From: Pirellulales bacterium
GTDB taxonomy: Bacteria > Planctomycetota > Planctomycetia > Pirellulales > UBA1268
Direction of reading: 5' to 3'
Length of the DNA stretch: 52,208 nucleotides
Assembly (NCBI GenBank): GCA_032117045.1
Contig: JAUMAF010000120.1
Coordinates: 1 to 52,208 of the forward strand
In this document: piece by piece, positions 8,699-18,349 of the stretch
How the letters are laid out: each line of letters starts with the position of its first letter
Position numbering within the stretch: position 1 is the first letter of the stretch
Position numbers and translations under genes: made by a program
Notes under the pieces: model-generated
Told to the model about the DNA's origin: nothing
The model's database searches: none
The model's input: only the letters and a program-made list of their open reading frames with translations

Positions 8699-11689
8699 AT
8701 GGATCTCGAGCGGAAGCGAATCGAGGAGGATCTCCGGGGCGTCGTCTCCGGAGACGTGATCTGCGACGACGTCGGCAGGTCGCTCTACGCGACCGACGGC
8801 AGCCTGTTCGAGGTCTGGCCGTTGGCAGTGGTGCGGCCCCGGTCTGCCGAAGATGTCGCTGCAACCATCCGGTGGGCCGCGGAACGAAACGTACCCGTCC
8901 ACGCCCGCGGGGCGGGCACCAGCCTGGCCGGCAGTCCGCTGGGACCGGGCATCGTGCTCGACTGCTCGCGATTCATGCGCCGCATCGTCGAGACGGCCGA
9001 GGACACGGTGCGGGTGCAACCCGGAGTGGTCGCCGCCCAACTGGAGGAACATCTCGCGCGGCGACGTCGGATGTTCGGGCTCGATCCAGCCAACGCCGTG
9101 GCGACCACGATCGGCGGGATGATCGGTCGAGACTCGTCCGGTAGCCGGTTTCTCAGGCACGGGGCCGTCCGCGGCCGGATCGTGTCGGTGGAGGCGGTGC
9201 TGGCCGACGGAGCGATCGTGGAGATCTCGGCCGTGCCCGTGACGGGCGAGGCGCCGGAAGGCGACCGTGTGGCTGCGCTGGCGGCGGGCACGAAGGCGAT
9301 CCTCACGGGCGCCCGAGACGTCATCACGCGCTTCCAGCCGTCGTCGCGTGCCACCCACGGCGGCCTGCGGCTGCACGACCTCGATCACGACGGGCTGATC
9401 GACCTGCCCCGGCTGCTCTGCGGCGCAGAGGGCACGCTCGGGGTGATCACGGCGGCCACGCTGCGGACGCTTCCCGCCGACGAGGTGATCGCGGTCGGGC
9501 TGCTCCTGTTTGACTCCATCGAGGGCGCCGCCGAGACGGCGATCCGGCTGCTGTCCCTGCAGCCGAGCGCCTGCGACCTCTTTGATCGCCGGCACCTCGC
9601 GCTGGCCCGGGGCACGAAGCCTTCCTTCGATCTTTTGATCCCCGCCATCGCCGAGGCCGGCCTGCTGGTGGAGTTCACCAGCGACGAGCCGGCGGCCTGC
9701 AACGAGCGGCTGGATCAGGCCATGGCCCTCGTGCAGCGTGGCCGGTCGAGTTGCATCGACATTCGGCGAGCGGAGGATGCGTTTGACGCGGCGTTTTTCT
9801 GGGAGCTCTCCCGAAACAACGTCTCGACGCTGCAGGGCGTGCGGGCTGAGATGCGTCCTGTGCCGTTTGTCGAAGATGTCGTCGTGCCGCCCCCCGCGCT
9901 GCCCGATTTCTTGCGGCGGCTGCAGGAGGTGCTCAAGCAGTGCCAGGCGACGGCCATGCTCTTCGGCCATGCCGGCCAGGGGCAGTTGCATCTGCGGCCG
10001 CACGCGGATCCCCGCAAGCCCGGCGAGCGCGAGCGGCTGGAGGCTCTCGCCGCCGCGGTCTACGAGGAGGTCGTCGCCTGTGGCGGCACGATCGGCGGCG
10101 AGCAGGGGCTGGGCCTGTCGCGAACACCGTTTTTCCACCGGATGTTTCCGGAGCTGACGGCGGTCTTCGGCGAGGTCAAGCGGCTGTTCGATCCGACGGG
10201 CATTCTCAATCCGGGACGCATCGCCCCGGCTGGCGACGGTGCGTCGGGAGCCGATGCATGGGCGGCTTTTCGTCCGTCGCTCGCACCCTCTGTGGCCATG
10301 GAGACCGACTCGTTGCCGGGCGATCCCCCGCCCCCCGTCGTGCCGCTGCCGGTGCTCTCATGGTCGCAGGCCAGACTCGCGGTCGAGACGGATGCCTGCA
10401 ACGGCTGCGGGGCCTGCCGAAGCCTCACGACGACGACCCGGACCTGCCCCCGATATCGCGAGAATCCGCGGGAAGAGGCCTCTCCGCGGGCCAAGGCCAA
10501 CGTGATTGGCGGCCTGTTGTCGGGCCGGCTCGACCCGCGGTCGCTGTCATCCGAGGCGGTGCGGAGCCTGTCCGACACCTGCTTCAACTGCCATCAATGC
10601 CGCATCGACTGCGCCGCAGGCATCGACGTGCCGGCGATGGTGATGGAGCTCAAGGCCGCGCATCATGCCGCCAACAGCATCGATCTCGGGCAGTGGCTCT
10701 TGTCCCGTGTCGACACGCTCTCCGCCGCTGCCGGCAGGATCAGTCCGCTGGCCAACTGGGCGATCGCCAATCCCCAGGCCCGCTGGATTCTCGAGAAGAC
10801 GCTCGGCATCGCCCGGGGTCGCAAGCTGCCGCCATTCACCGGCAGGCAGTTCATGAAGTGGGCGAACCGTCGCGGCATCACGCGACCCAGCCGCCGCAGC
10901 GGTCCGCGAGTGCTTTATTTTCTCGACACCTATGCGCGGTGGCATGATCCGCTGCTCGCGCAGGCATTCGTGGGCGTGTTGGAGAGAAACGGTATCGGCG
11001 TGTTTGTCGATCCGCGGCAGACGGCGTCGGGCATGCCGCTGGTGTCGGAAGGGGATCTCGACGGGGCGCGTCGTCTTGCCCGTCGCAACGTCCGCGTGCT
11101 CGCGGAGGCGGTGCGGCTCGGCTACCGAATCGTGTGCACCGAGCCATCGACCGTCACCTGCATCACGCACGACTACCCGCTGCTGCTCGACGACGAGGAA
11201 CTGCCGAGGGTGGCCGCGGCCACCTGCGATGCGATGACCTATCTCTGGGAACTGCATCGAGAGGGAAAGCTGCGGCTCGACTTCCGGCCGGTGCCGTCGC
11301 GGGTGCTCTACCACGCGCCGTGCCACTCCCGAATCGCGGGGGCAGTAACGCCGGCCGAGCATCTTCTGCGGCTGATTCCGGGGCTCGTGGTGGAGCCGGC
11401 CGATCGGGGCTGCTCGGGCATGGCGGGCACGTTTGGCCTCTCCCGCGAGCACTACCGCACGAGCCTCCGCGTGGGCTTGGGGCTCGTGTCGGCGATGCGG
11501 GGCGGCGGTGTCGAGGCGGGCGCTACCGAGTGCAGCGCCTGCCGGATACAAATGGAGCAGGGCACCACGAAGCCTGCGGTGCATCCCGTGAAGGTGCTCG
11601 CGAAGGCCTATGGGCTTCTCGAAGGAGCCGCACCGCACGGTCTCGATGGCCTGCTGTCGTCCACGAGCGGTCGGCTCACGACCACCTGA
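8699..11689 (+). CDS. Large FAD-linked oxidase fused to 4Fe-4S ferredoxin and CCG (GlcF/HdrD-like) domains, YdiJ-like 2-hydroxyacid dehydrogenase architecture
   Basis: N-terminal FAD_binding_4 pattern (RPRSAEDV...VHARGAGTSLAG), mid CNGCGACRS and CFNCHQCRIDC clusters, C-terminal CCG-type Cys motifs (APCHS, CSGMAGTFG). At 996 aa it resembles E. coli YdiJ in length and order. Confidence 0.85.
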   Translation: MDLERKRIEEDLRGVVSGDVICDDVGRSLYATDGSLFEVWPLAVVRPRSAEDVAATIRWAAERNVPVHARGAGTSLAGSPLGPGIVLDCSRFMRRIVETAEDTVRVQPGVVAAQLEEHLARRRRMFGLDPANAVATTIGGMIGRDSSGSRFLRHGAVRGRIVSVEAVLADGAIVEISAVPVTGEAPEGDRVAALAAGTKAILTGARDVITRFQPSSRATHGGLRLHDLDHDGLIDLPRLLCGAEGTLGVITAATLRTLPADEVIAVGLLLFDSIEGAAETAIRLLSLQPSACDLFDRRHLALARGTKPSFDLLIPAIAEAGLLVEFTSDEPAACNERLDQAMALVQRGRSSCIDIRRAEDAFDAAFFWELSRNNVSTLQGVRAEMRPVPFVEDVVVPPPALPDFLRRLQEVLKQCQATAMLFGHAGQGQLHLRPHADPRKPGERERLEALAAAVYEEVVACGGTIGGEQGLGLSRTPFFHRMFPELTAVFGEVKRLFDPTGILNPGRIAPAGDGASGADAWAAFRPSLAPSVAMETDSLPGDPPPPVVPLPVLSWSQARLAVETDACNGCGACRSLTTTTRTCPRYRENPREEASPRAKANVIGGLLSGRLDPRSLSSEAVRSLSDTCFNCHQCRIDCAAGIDVPAMVMELKAAHHAANSIDLGQWLLSRVDTLSAAAGRISPLANWAIANPQARWILEKTLGIARGRKLPPFTGRQFMKWANRRGITRPSRRSGPRVLYFLDTYARWHDPLLAQAFVGVLERNGIGVFVDPRQTASGMPLVSEGDLDGARRLARRNVRVLAEAVRLGYRIVCTEPSTVTCITHDYPLLLDDEELPRVAAATCDAMTYLWELHREGKLRLDFRPVPSRVLYHAPCHSRIAGAVTPAEHLLRLIPGLVVEPADRGCSGMAGTFGLSREHYRTSLRVGLGLVSAMRGGGVEAGATECSACRIQMEQGTTKPAVHPVKVLAKAYGLLEGAAPHGLDGLLSSTSGRLTTT

Positions 11690-11721
11690 TTGCTCCGGCC
11701 CGACGCCGGGGGCTGGAAGCG

Positions 11722-11994
11722 ATGCACTCCCACGATCACGCCTGCGACCACGCGAAACTCAGGATCGCCGTGTTTGCCGGGATGGCGGAGGTCATCGGCG
11801 GTCGGCATCTCGAGCTGCCCTGGGCCGGCGGCACCGTGGCCGACGCCCGGCGGCTCGTTGCCGGCAGCCACCCGGCAGTGGCCGGGCTGCTCGCCCGCAG
11901 CGCCTTCGCCCTGGGCAACCGCTACGTGGGTGACGACGCCCCGCTCGCCGCCGGCGACGATGTGGCGATCATCCCTCCGGTGAGCGGAGGCTGA
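11722..11994 (+). CDS. moaD: Molybdopterin synthase sulfur-carrier subunit MoaD (ThiS/MoaD fold)
   Basis: Ends in ...IPPVSGG (C-terminal Gly-Gly) and lies immediately upstream of moaE. It has an N-terminal His/Cys/Asp-rich tag MHSHDHACDH. Confidence 0.8.
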   Translation: MHSHDHACDHAKLRIAVFAGMAEVIGGRHLELPWAGGTVADARRLVAGSHPAVAGLLARSAFALGNRYVGDDAPLAAGDDVAIIPPVSGG

Positions 11995-11995
11995 C

Positions 11996-12475
11996 ATGCC
12001 GATCAATCGCGACGAGGCTTTTGACAGGGAGGCGAGTGGTGTTGCCATGGTTCACGGGCCGATCGACACCGTGCGACTACTCGCCGCGGTGGGAGACGCA
12101 GCCGCAGGAGGCAACGTGCTCTTCGTGGGAACGGTCCGCGGCGTCACCGCCGGCGCGGTCACGCGATCGCTGACCTACGATGCCCATGAACCGCTGGCGG
12201 TCGCCACGCTTGCCACGCTGCGTCGGGAGGCGATCGAGCGCTTCGGTCTGACGGCCTGCGCGATCGTGCATCGGCTGGGTCCGGTGGCGGTCGGTGAGGC
12301 GGGAGTGGCGATCGCCGCGAGTGGTCCGCATCGTCGCCAAGCGTTTGCCGCGACGGAGTGGCTCCTGGAGCGACTCAAGCAGGACGTGCCCATCTGGAAG
12401 TGCGAGGAACGCGGCGACGGGGGCCGGGAGTGGGCGCATCCGACGACGGCCCCGCGGCCCGGAGTGGCGCCATGA
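11996..12475 (+). CDS. moaE: Molybdopterin synthase catalytic subunit MoaE
   Basis: GNVLFVGTVRG, HRRQAFAATEWLLERLKQDVPIWK. Starts 2 nt after the moaD stop. Confidence 0.85.
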   Translation: MPINRDEAFDREASGVAMVHGPIDTVRLLAAVGDAAAGGNVLFVGTVRGVTAGAVTRSLTYDAHEPLAVATLATLRREAIERFGLTACAIVHRLGPVAVGEAGVAIAASGPHRRQAFAATEWLLERLKQDVPIWKCEERGDGGREWAHPTTAPRPGVAP

Positions 12476-13470
12476 TCCGGGCCGGCACGCTCATCGACGG
12501 CTTCGGCAGAGTCCACACCGACCTGCGGATCAGCGTCACCGATCGATGCAACCTGCGGTGCACCTACTGCATGCCGCTGGAGGTGGCGTTTAAACCACGC
12601 GACGAGCTGCTCACCTACGAGGAGATCACCCGCGTGGCCCGCGTGGCTGCCGGTCTGGGCGTGCGGACGATCCGGCTTACGGGTGGCGAGCCGCTGCTTC
12701 GCCGCGACCTCACCGAACTCGTGCGACAGCTCGTGGCGGTCCCCGGCATCGACGAGGTGGCGGCCACGACCAACGGCCTGCTGCTGGCCGAACTGGCCGG
12801 ACCGCTCGCCCAAGCAGGACTGGCCCGGCTCAACGTGAGCCTCGACAGCCTCAGGGAGGACGTGTTCGAGCGCATCGCCCGACGCACCGGGCTCGATCGC
12901 GTGCTTGCCGGATTGGCTGCAGCGCGGCGGGCCGGGTTTCGTGAGATCCGCATCAATGCCGTGTCGATGAAAGGACTGACGGAGGACGAGATCGTGCCGC
13001 TGGCCCGATTCTGTCGTGCGGAGGGATTCCACCTGCGGTTCATCGAGTTTATGCCGCTCGATGCGGAGGAGGGCTGGGAGAAGTCGCAGGTGCTCGCGGG
13101 CGCGGAGGTGCGGGAGATTCTCGAGCGGGAGGTCGGGCCGCTGGTGGAGGAGCCATCGGGCGACATGGGGCAGCCGGCCGTTGACTTCGCCTGGGCCGAT
13201 GGTGCCGGCCGGGTGGGCTTCATCAACCCCGTCACGCAGGCCTTCTGCGACCGCTGCGACCGGCTGCGACTCACCGCCGACGGCCAGTTTCGTAACTGTC
13301 TGTTTTCGACCGTTGAGTGGGACATTCGTCGCCTGCTGCGGGAGGGATGCGACGATGCCACGGTCGCAACGCTTCTGCGCGAGTGTGTGGCGGCGAAGCG
13401 GGCAGCCCACGGCATCGACACAGACTCCTTCGTGCGGCCGGCTCGCGCGATGTACCAGATCGGGGGCTGA
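12472..13470 (+). CDS. moaA: GTP 3',8-cyclase MoaA (radical SAM)
   Basis: LRISVTDRCNLRCTYCMP radical-SAM cluster, LTGGEPLLR, C-terminal FCDRCDRLRLTADG second cluster. ATGA overlap with the moaE stop. Confidence 0.9.
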   Translation: MIRAGTLIDGFGRVHTDLRISVTDRCNLRCTYCMPLEVAFKPRDELLTYEEITRVARVAAGLGVRTIRLTGGEPLLRRDLTELVRQLVAVPGIDEVAATTNGLLLAELAGPLAQAGLARLNVSLDSLREDVFERIARRTGLDRVLAGLAAARRAGFREIRINAVSMKGLTEDEIVPLARFCRAEGFHLRFIEFMPLDAEEGWEKSQVLAGAEVREILEREVGPLVEEPSGDMGQPAVDFAWADGAGRVGFINPVTQAFCDRCDRLRLTADGQFRNCLFSTVEWDIRRLLREGCDDATVATLLRECVAAKRAAHGIDTDSFVRPARAMYQIGG

Positions 13471-13472
13471 GG

Positions 13473-14627
13473 ATGACCGCAGAGCCGAGCCCAGCGCGGC
13501 GGTATCTCGACAACGCGGCCACCTCATGGCCGAAGCCCGAGACGGTGCTGGCCGCGTGGAACGATGCGGCCCACCGCGTGGGCGCGACGGCCGGCCGTGC
13601 GGCGTACCACGCGGCGGTCGAGGCCGACGCCATTCGCGAGCGGGCGCGAGGGGCGGCGGCGCGGCTGCTCGGCGGTGTCGATCCCGGCCGCGTGGCGTTG
13701 CCGGCCGGCTGCACTCTGGCCCTCAATATGGCGATCCACGGCCTCCTGCGGCCCGGCGACCACGTGATCGCGACCGCCGCCGACCACAACGCCACCCTCC
13801 GACCGCTTCACTGGCTGGAACGTCGCGGCATCATCGCCCTCTCGATCGTGCCCTGCGATAGCGGCGGCCACGTCGATCCGGGGGCCATCCGCGCCGCCTG
13901 GCGGCCCGCAACGCGACTGGTGACGGTGAGTCATGCGTCAAACGTCACCGGCGCCGTGCAGAACGTGTCGGCCATCGCCGCCATCGCCCATGATCGGGGC
14001 GGGCTTCTGCTGCTCGACGCCGCCCAGTCGCTCGGCCAGATCGTCTGCGACCTGCCTGGCTTCGGGGCAGACGTGGTCGCGGCGCCGGCCCACAAATGGC
14101 TCCTCGGCAGCGGCGGTGCCGCGGTGCTCTGGGTGCGAGAAGGACTCGAGCCGGAGCCGCTCCTGCAAGGCGGCACGGGATCGCTCAGCGACTCGCTCGA
14201 GATGCCCGAGCGGTTCGTCGATCGGATGGAAGCCGGCACTCCCGACGTGCCGGCGCTGGCGGCGCTTGCGGCGGCCGTCGCCTGGATCGAGGAGCGAACC
14301 GTGGCCGAGGTCGGCCGCTCGTGTCGGAATCATGCGGCGGCCTGCGGCCAGGGCCTCCGCCGGATGCCCGGGGTGCGGGTGATCGCGGCGGAGGATGGCC
14401 CGCCGATTGTGAGTTTCACGGTCGAGGGCTATGCTCCCGCGGAGATCGCCCTGTTGCTCGAGCAGATCGCGGGCGTGCAGGTGCGGGCGGGTCACCACTG
14501 CGCCGCCCTCGTGCACGACCGTCTCGGCACCAGAGACGGCGGCACGGTCCGCGCGAGCTTCGGCCCGTTCACCGCACCGGACGACGTCGACGCCCTCGTC
14601 GCAGCCGTTGGAACGATCGTCGGTTGA
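13473..14627 (+). CDS. Class V aminotransferase / cysteine desulfurase-like PLP enzyme
   Basis: YLDNAATSWP start, SHASNVTG, AAPAHKWL (PLP-Lys region). The ATG is 3 nt after the moaA stop. Confidence 0.85.
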   Translation: MTAEPSPARRYLDNAATSWPKPETVLAAWNDAAHRVGATAGRAAYHAAVEADAIRERARGAAARLLGGVDPGRVALPAGCTLALNMAIHGLLRPGDHVIATAADHNATLRPLHWLERRGIIALSIVPCDSGGHVDPGAIRAAWRPATRLVTVSHASNVTGAVQNVSAIAAIAHDRGGLLLLDAAQSLGQIVCDLPGFGADVVAAPAHKWLLGSGGAAVLWVREGLEPEPLLQGGTGSLSDSLEMPERFVDRMEAGTPDVPALAALAAAVAWIEERTVAEVGRSCRNHAAACGQGLRRMPGVRVIAAEDGPPIVSFTVEGYAPAEIALLLEQIAGVQVRAGHHCAALVHDRLGTRDGGTVRASFGPFTAPDDVDALVAAVGTIVG

Positions 14628-14666
14628 GGCTCGTTGGAACTGGTTCGAATCACGGAGGAAAGCAGC

Positions 14667-15092
14667 ATGGCCGGTATCCCCAAGGATGTCTGGTACGCGG
14701 GCGGCTTGCGGTTCGAGTGCACGCAGTGCGGCGACTGCTGCTCCGGGGCCGAGGGCTATGTCTGGGTGAACCAGGCGGAGATCGACGCCATGGCGGCCCG
14801 CACGAGCATGACCCCGGCCGACTTCGAGGCGGCGTTCGTGAAGCGGGTGGGCGTGCGACGGTCGCTCAAGGAGCGTTCCAACGGCGACTGCGTGCTCCTC
14901 GACGTGACGACGCGGAAGTGCACCGCCTACGAGGACCGACCGCGGCAGTGCCGCACCTGGCCCTTCTGGGATTCAAATCTCTCGAGCCCGGCGGCCTGGG
15001 CCGAGGCGGCTGAGGCCTGCCCCGGCTGCGACAAGGGGAATCTCGTGCCCCTCGAACGCATCGTCGAGCAGGCCTCGAAGATCCGAATCTGA
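14667..15092 (+). CDS. YkgJ-family (CxxCxxCC) cysteine-cluster protein
   Basis: CTQCGDCCSG plus CTAYEDRPRQCRTWPFW. GGAGGA lies 8 nt upstream of the ATG at 14667. Confidence 0.75.
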   Translation: MAGIPKDVWYAGGLRFECTQCGDCCSGAEGYVWVNQAEIDAMAARTSMTPADFEAAFVKRVGVRRSLKERSNGDCVLLDVTTRKCTAYEDRPRQCRTWPFWDSNLSSPAAWAEAAEACPGCDKGNLVPLERIVEQASKIRI

Positions 15093-15112
15093 CGGGGCCC
15101 CCCTCTGCGGCG

Positions 15113-15165
15113 TTCGTGCCCGTGCAAGCCGACCGGCCGTGAGGCCGCGGGCCATTGCGGATCAC
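15113..15165 (+). repeat. REP-like intergenic palindromic element, the best-preserved solo copy
   Basis: TTCGTGCCCGTGCAAGCCGACCGGCCGTGAGGCCGCGGGCCATTGCGGATCAC. Core hairpin CGGCC-GTGA-GGCCG flanked by GCCCG/CGGGC. Nearly identical to 19010..19062. It sits between convergent genes. Confidence 0.65.
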
Positions 15166-15181
15166 TTCATCACACGGCTCG

Positions 15182-15400
15182 TCAGAGAATGCCGCCGTGG
15201 GTTCGCCAGGGCGTCATGTGCGACGGCTGATCCAGAAACCAGATTCGCTCCCATTCGTCGGTGATGGCCCGCAGATCTTCCGAGGTGTAGATCAACTGCT
15301 GGGCGCGGCGAACCGGGTCGCCTGAGTACATCGGGATGAGGCAGCCCGTGCTCGTCGCCAGCAGCGCCGCAGCACACACCATCCAGACAGCCTTCCTCAT
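15182..15400 (-). CDS. Small lipoprotein
   Basis: MRKAVWMVCAAALLATSTGC is a signal peptide with a lipobox. AGGAGGA lies 7 nt upstream of the ATG at 15400. Confidence 0.55.
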   Translation of the reverse strand: MRKAVWMVCAAALLATSTGCLIPMYSGDPVRRAQQLIYTSEDLRAITDEWERIWFLDQPSHMTPWRTHGGIL

Positions 15401-15604
15401 CGCATGGTCCTCCTGACCCTCGTTTGAATCATCCCTGATTCGGATCGCCTGCCGCCGGATCACACGAGGATCTGCCCTTCACGAGGGCGGATGTACCCGA
15501 TCAGTTCCAGCGGTGCGATAGTGACTCGTATCTGCCTGCCGACCTTCCAGCCCCGTGGCTGCCTCTGTCTCACCGCGTTTACCCCGTTCTGCCCACCTTC
15601 CGCC

Positions 15605-15952
15605 TCATCCCTGAGCCGGCTGGTCGGCTTCACCTGCCTCCGTCGTGTTCGTCGCTGGTGGCTCGGCGGGGGGGACATAATCCCTGACCCGTGCCTCCAT
15701 CTCCTTGCCCGGCTTGAACGTGACCACGCTCTTCGCCTGCACCGGCACTCGTTCGCCCGTCCGCGGGTTGCGTGCCACCCGCGCTTCTCGTCGTTTGATC
15801 TGAAAGACGCCGAAGTTTCGCAGTTCGATCCGACCCTCGCGAACGAGCGCCTCGATGAGAGCGTCGAACGTCCGCTGCACCAGTTCCTTCGTGCGAAGCT
15901 GGGGAAGATCGATCTGTTCGGCGATCGTCCGGACGATGTCTTTCTTGGTCAC
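15605..15952 (-). CDS. HU/IHF-family DNA-binding protein
   Basis: MTKKDIV..., [32 protein letters not shown] (beta-arm with RNP.TGE). Acidic/Pro-rich C-terminal tail. Confidence 0.9.
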   Translation of the reverse strand: MTKKDIVRTIAEQIDLPQLRTKELVQRTFDALIEALVREGRIELRNFGVFQIKRREARVARNPRTGERVPVQAKSVVTFKPGKEMEARVRDYVPPAEPPATNTTEAGEADQPAQG

Positions 15953-16036
15953 GGCTCAGACGCTCCGGCCGCGGCACCATGCCCCTGCGCCCAAAGCAGA
16001 CGGAGGGGAGCGGAAACGGGGAGGGAATTCGTCCGA

Positions 16037-16065
16037 AGCCTATGGCTGACAAGCACTAATGTCAA
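16037..16065 (-). promoter_or_regulatory. Candidate sigma70-type promoter for the HU/IHF gene
   Basis: The minus strand reads TTGACA, 17 nt, TAGGCT, about 80 nt upstream of the ATG at 15952. Pattern match only. Confidence 0.3.
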
Positions 16066-16305
16066 CCGGCGGCCACCGTGGCTCACCGGCACAGGAGTCC
16101 TTGGTCTCCCTTGGTATCGGCGGCATAACCGGCAAACTTGACAGAACCGGAGGATTCGCCGAGCCGGTCCCGGACAGGGGGACTTTTCCGGCTTCGGCAC
16201 CGCTGGCCGGGGCAGGCCGGCGAGCCTTGGGGCTCTGGGAAAACCCACTACACTCGACCACGATCCTCCGGCCCCCTCGTGGCGCTCTCCCCGTTGTCCG
16301 TCTCC

Positions 16306-17298
16306 ATGTCGCATTCCGTCGGGCCACTCTCCCCGCCCCGTCCCGACCTCGCGGTGACGCTCGGCAGGCTGCGGCTGCCCAATCCGATCCTCGTGGCCTC
16401 AGGAACGTTTGGCTACGGTCGTGAAATGGCCGGCCTCGTCGATCTTCGGCGACTCGGCGGCATCGTTCCCAAGACGATCACGCCGGCACCCCGGAAGGGA
16501 AACATTCCCTGGCGGACCGTCGAGACGGCCTCTGGGCTGCTCAACTCGATCGGCCTCGACAACGACGGCGTCGATGCCTTTCTCGCCAAGCAACTGCCGT
16601 GGCTGCTCGGCTGCGGCGCTCCCGTGATCGTCAGCATCGCGGCCGCGACGCAGGACGAGTTCGTGGCGCTCGCCCGCCGCCTCGACAGCGTGAACGGCAT
16701 CGCCGCGGTCGAGCTCAATATCTCCTGCCCCAACGTGAGCCACGGCGTCGACATGGGGAGCGATCCCGAGATGTGCCGCCGCGTGGTGGCTGGCGTGCGG
16801 CAGGCGACAGCGCTCCCGGTGCTCGCCAAGCTCACCCCCAACGTCACCGACATCGTCGCGGTGGCCCGCGGCGCCCGCGACGGCGGGGCCGATGCCGTGA
16901 CGGTGATCAACACCTGCCAGGGGATGGCGGTCGATTGGCGACGTCGCCGACCGATGCTCGGCAACGTGATCGGCGGCCTCAGCGGGCCGGCGATCAAGCC
17001 GATCGCCCTGCGGTGCGTTCACCAGATCCGCAGGGCCGTCGACATCCCGATCATCGGCGTCGGCGGCATCATGACGATCGACGACTGCATGGAGTTTTTC
17101 GTCACCGGCGCGTCGGCCGTGCAGATCGGCACCGCCTCCTTCGCGGAGCCGGTCGCCTCCGAGCGGCTGCTCGACGAACTCCCGGCGGCCGTGGCCGAAC
17201 TCGGCGCGGCCAGCCTCGCCGCACTCGTCGGCACGCTCCAGCTGCCGACCACCGCCGCCAGCCAACCCCCTCCAGCGAGTCCCGCTCATGGCACCTGA
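16306..17298 (+). CDS. pyrD: Dihydroorotate dehydrogenase (class 1-type catalytic subunit)
   Basis: [39 protein letters not shown]. The upstream part of ORF 16138.. is Pro/Arg-rich filler. Confidence 0.9.
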   Translation: MSHSVGPLSPPRPDLAVTLGRLRLPNPILVASGTFGYGREMAGLVDLRRLGGIVPKTITPAPRKGNIPWRTVETASGLLNSIGLDNDGVDAFLAKQLPWLLGCGAPVIVSIAAATQDEFVALARRLDSVNGIAAVELNISCPNVSHGVDMGSDPEMCRRVVAGVRQATALPVLAKLTPNVTDIVAVARGARDGGADAVTVINTCQGMAVDWRRRRPMLGNVIGGLSGPAIKPIALRCVHQIRRAVDIPIIGVGGIMTIDDCMEFFVTGASAVQIGTASFAEPVASERLLDELPAAVAELGAASLAALVGTLQLPTTAASQPPPASPAHGT

Positions 17299-18349
17299 CA
17301 CGCCTCCTCGACCGACGCGGGCCCTCTCCGGCATCCAGCCCACGGGCCGCTTCCATTGGGGCAACTATTTCGGCGCCATCCGCCAATACATCGACCTCCA
17401 GCCGGCGATGCCGGGGAGCCTCGGCCAGGGGGCGGCAGACGAGGCCTACTACTTCATCGCCGATTTGCATGCGCTGACGACGGTCCGCGACCCGGAGCGG
17501 CTGCGGTCGCTCGTGCATGCCGCGGCCCTCGACCTGGTGGCGCTGGGGCTCGATCCCGAGCGGGCCGTGCTCTACGTGCAGTCGGACGTGCCGGAGGTGA
17601 CGGAGCTCACCTGGCTGCTGATGACCGTCACCCCGATGGGGCTGCTGGAACGGTGCCATGCCTACAAAGACAAAAAGACCCGCGGGCTGCCGGCCGATGC
17701 GGGCCTGTTCACCTATCCGGTGCTGATGGCCGCCGACATCCTCGCCTACGACGCCACCGTGGTGCCGGTGGGGGAAGATCAGGTCCAGCACATCGAGGTC
17801 TGCCGCGACCTGGCCGGCGCCTTCAACCATCTCTATGGCGACGTCTTCACGCTGCCGAAGGCACGGCTCGTCGAGGGGGGCGCCAAGGTGCCCGGCACCG
17901 ATGGGCAGAAGATGAGCAAGAGCTACGAGAACACGATCGAGGTCTTCGAGGGGCCCTCTCTTCAGAAAAAGAAGATCATGCGGATCACGACCGATTCCCG
18001 CCCCATGGAGCAGCCCAAGGATCCGGAGGGCGACCACCTTTTCGAACTCTTCACGCTCTTCGCACCCGAAGCCGACCGGCTGACGATGGCCGAACTCTAC
18101 CGCCGCGGTGGCTTCGGCTACGGCGAAGTCAAGAAGGCGCTCGCCGAGGCGGCGACGGCCTTCTTTGCCGATGCGCGGGCGCGGCGTGCCGCGCTCGAAG
18201 CCGACCCCGGCCGCATCGATGCGATTCTGGCGGCCGGCGCCGCCCGGGCCCGGGCCAAGGCGGGCGAGGTGCTCGCCCGGGCGAAGCGGGCCTGCGGACT
18301 CGCCCGCGGTCCGATGATCGCCACCGCGCCGGCGGGGAGGCGATCGTGA
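17288..18349 (+). CDS. trpS: Tryptophanyl-tRNA synthetase
   Basis: [18 protein letters not shown] (HIGH-like region), KMSKS present. Overlaps the pyrD end by 11 nt. Confidence 0.95.
   Translation: MAPDTPPRPTRALSGIQPTGRFHWGNYFGAIRQYIDLQPAMPGSLGQGAADEAYYFIADLHALTTVRDPERLRSLVHAAALDLVALGLDPERAVLYVQSDVPEVTELTWLLMTVTPMGLLERCHAYKDKKTRGLPADAGLFTYPVLMAADILAYDATVVPVGEDQVQHIEVCRDLAGAFNHLYGDVFTLPKARLVEGGAKVPGTDGQKMSKSYENTIEVFEGPSLQKKKIMRITTDSRPMEQPKDPEGDHLFELFTLFAPEADRLTMAELYRRGGFGYGEVKKALAEAATAFFADARARRAALEADPGRIDAILAAGAARARAKAGEVLARAKRACGLARGPMIATAPAGRRS

Noticed and set aside
8645-10138. 497-aa minus-strand ORF, plus the similar ORFs 10547..11638, 12175..13527, 20513..21673, 1711..2661, 7146..8117, 16399..17364 and 43516..44550
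   Set aside because: All lie antisense to, or out of frame with, strongly supported genes (YdiJ-like oxidase, moaA, topA, aspS, pyrD, ovoA). They have Arg/Pro/Gly/Ala-dominated composition without motifs.
11690-11721. Looked for a Moco riboswitch upstream of moaD
   Set aside because: The spacer is only 32 nt, too short for the roughly 130-nt Moco RNA motif. None was seen upstream of moaA either, because the genes overlap.
14642-14651. T-loop-like GGTTCGAATC suggesting a tRNA
   Set aside because: No flanking T-stem, acceptor or anticodon arms can be paired. It lies in the 39-nt spacer and RBS region ahead of the YkgJ gene.
16138-16143. TTGACA upstream of pyrD as a -35 box
   Set aside because: No acceptable -10 hexamer lies 16-19 nt downstream (GAGCCG at that position).
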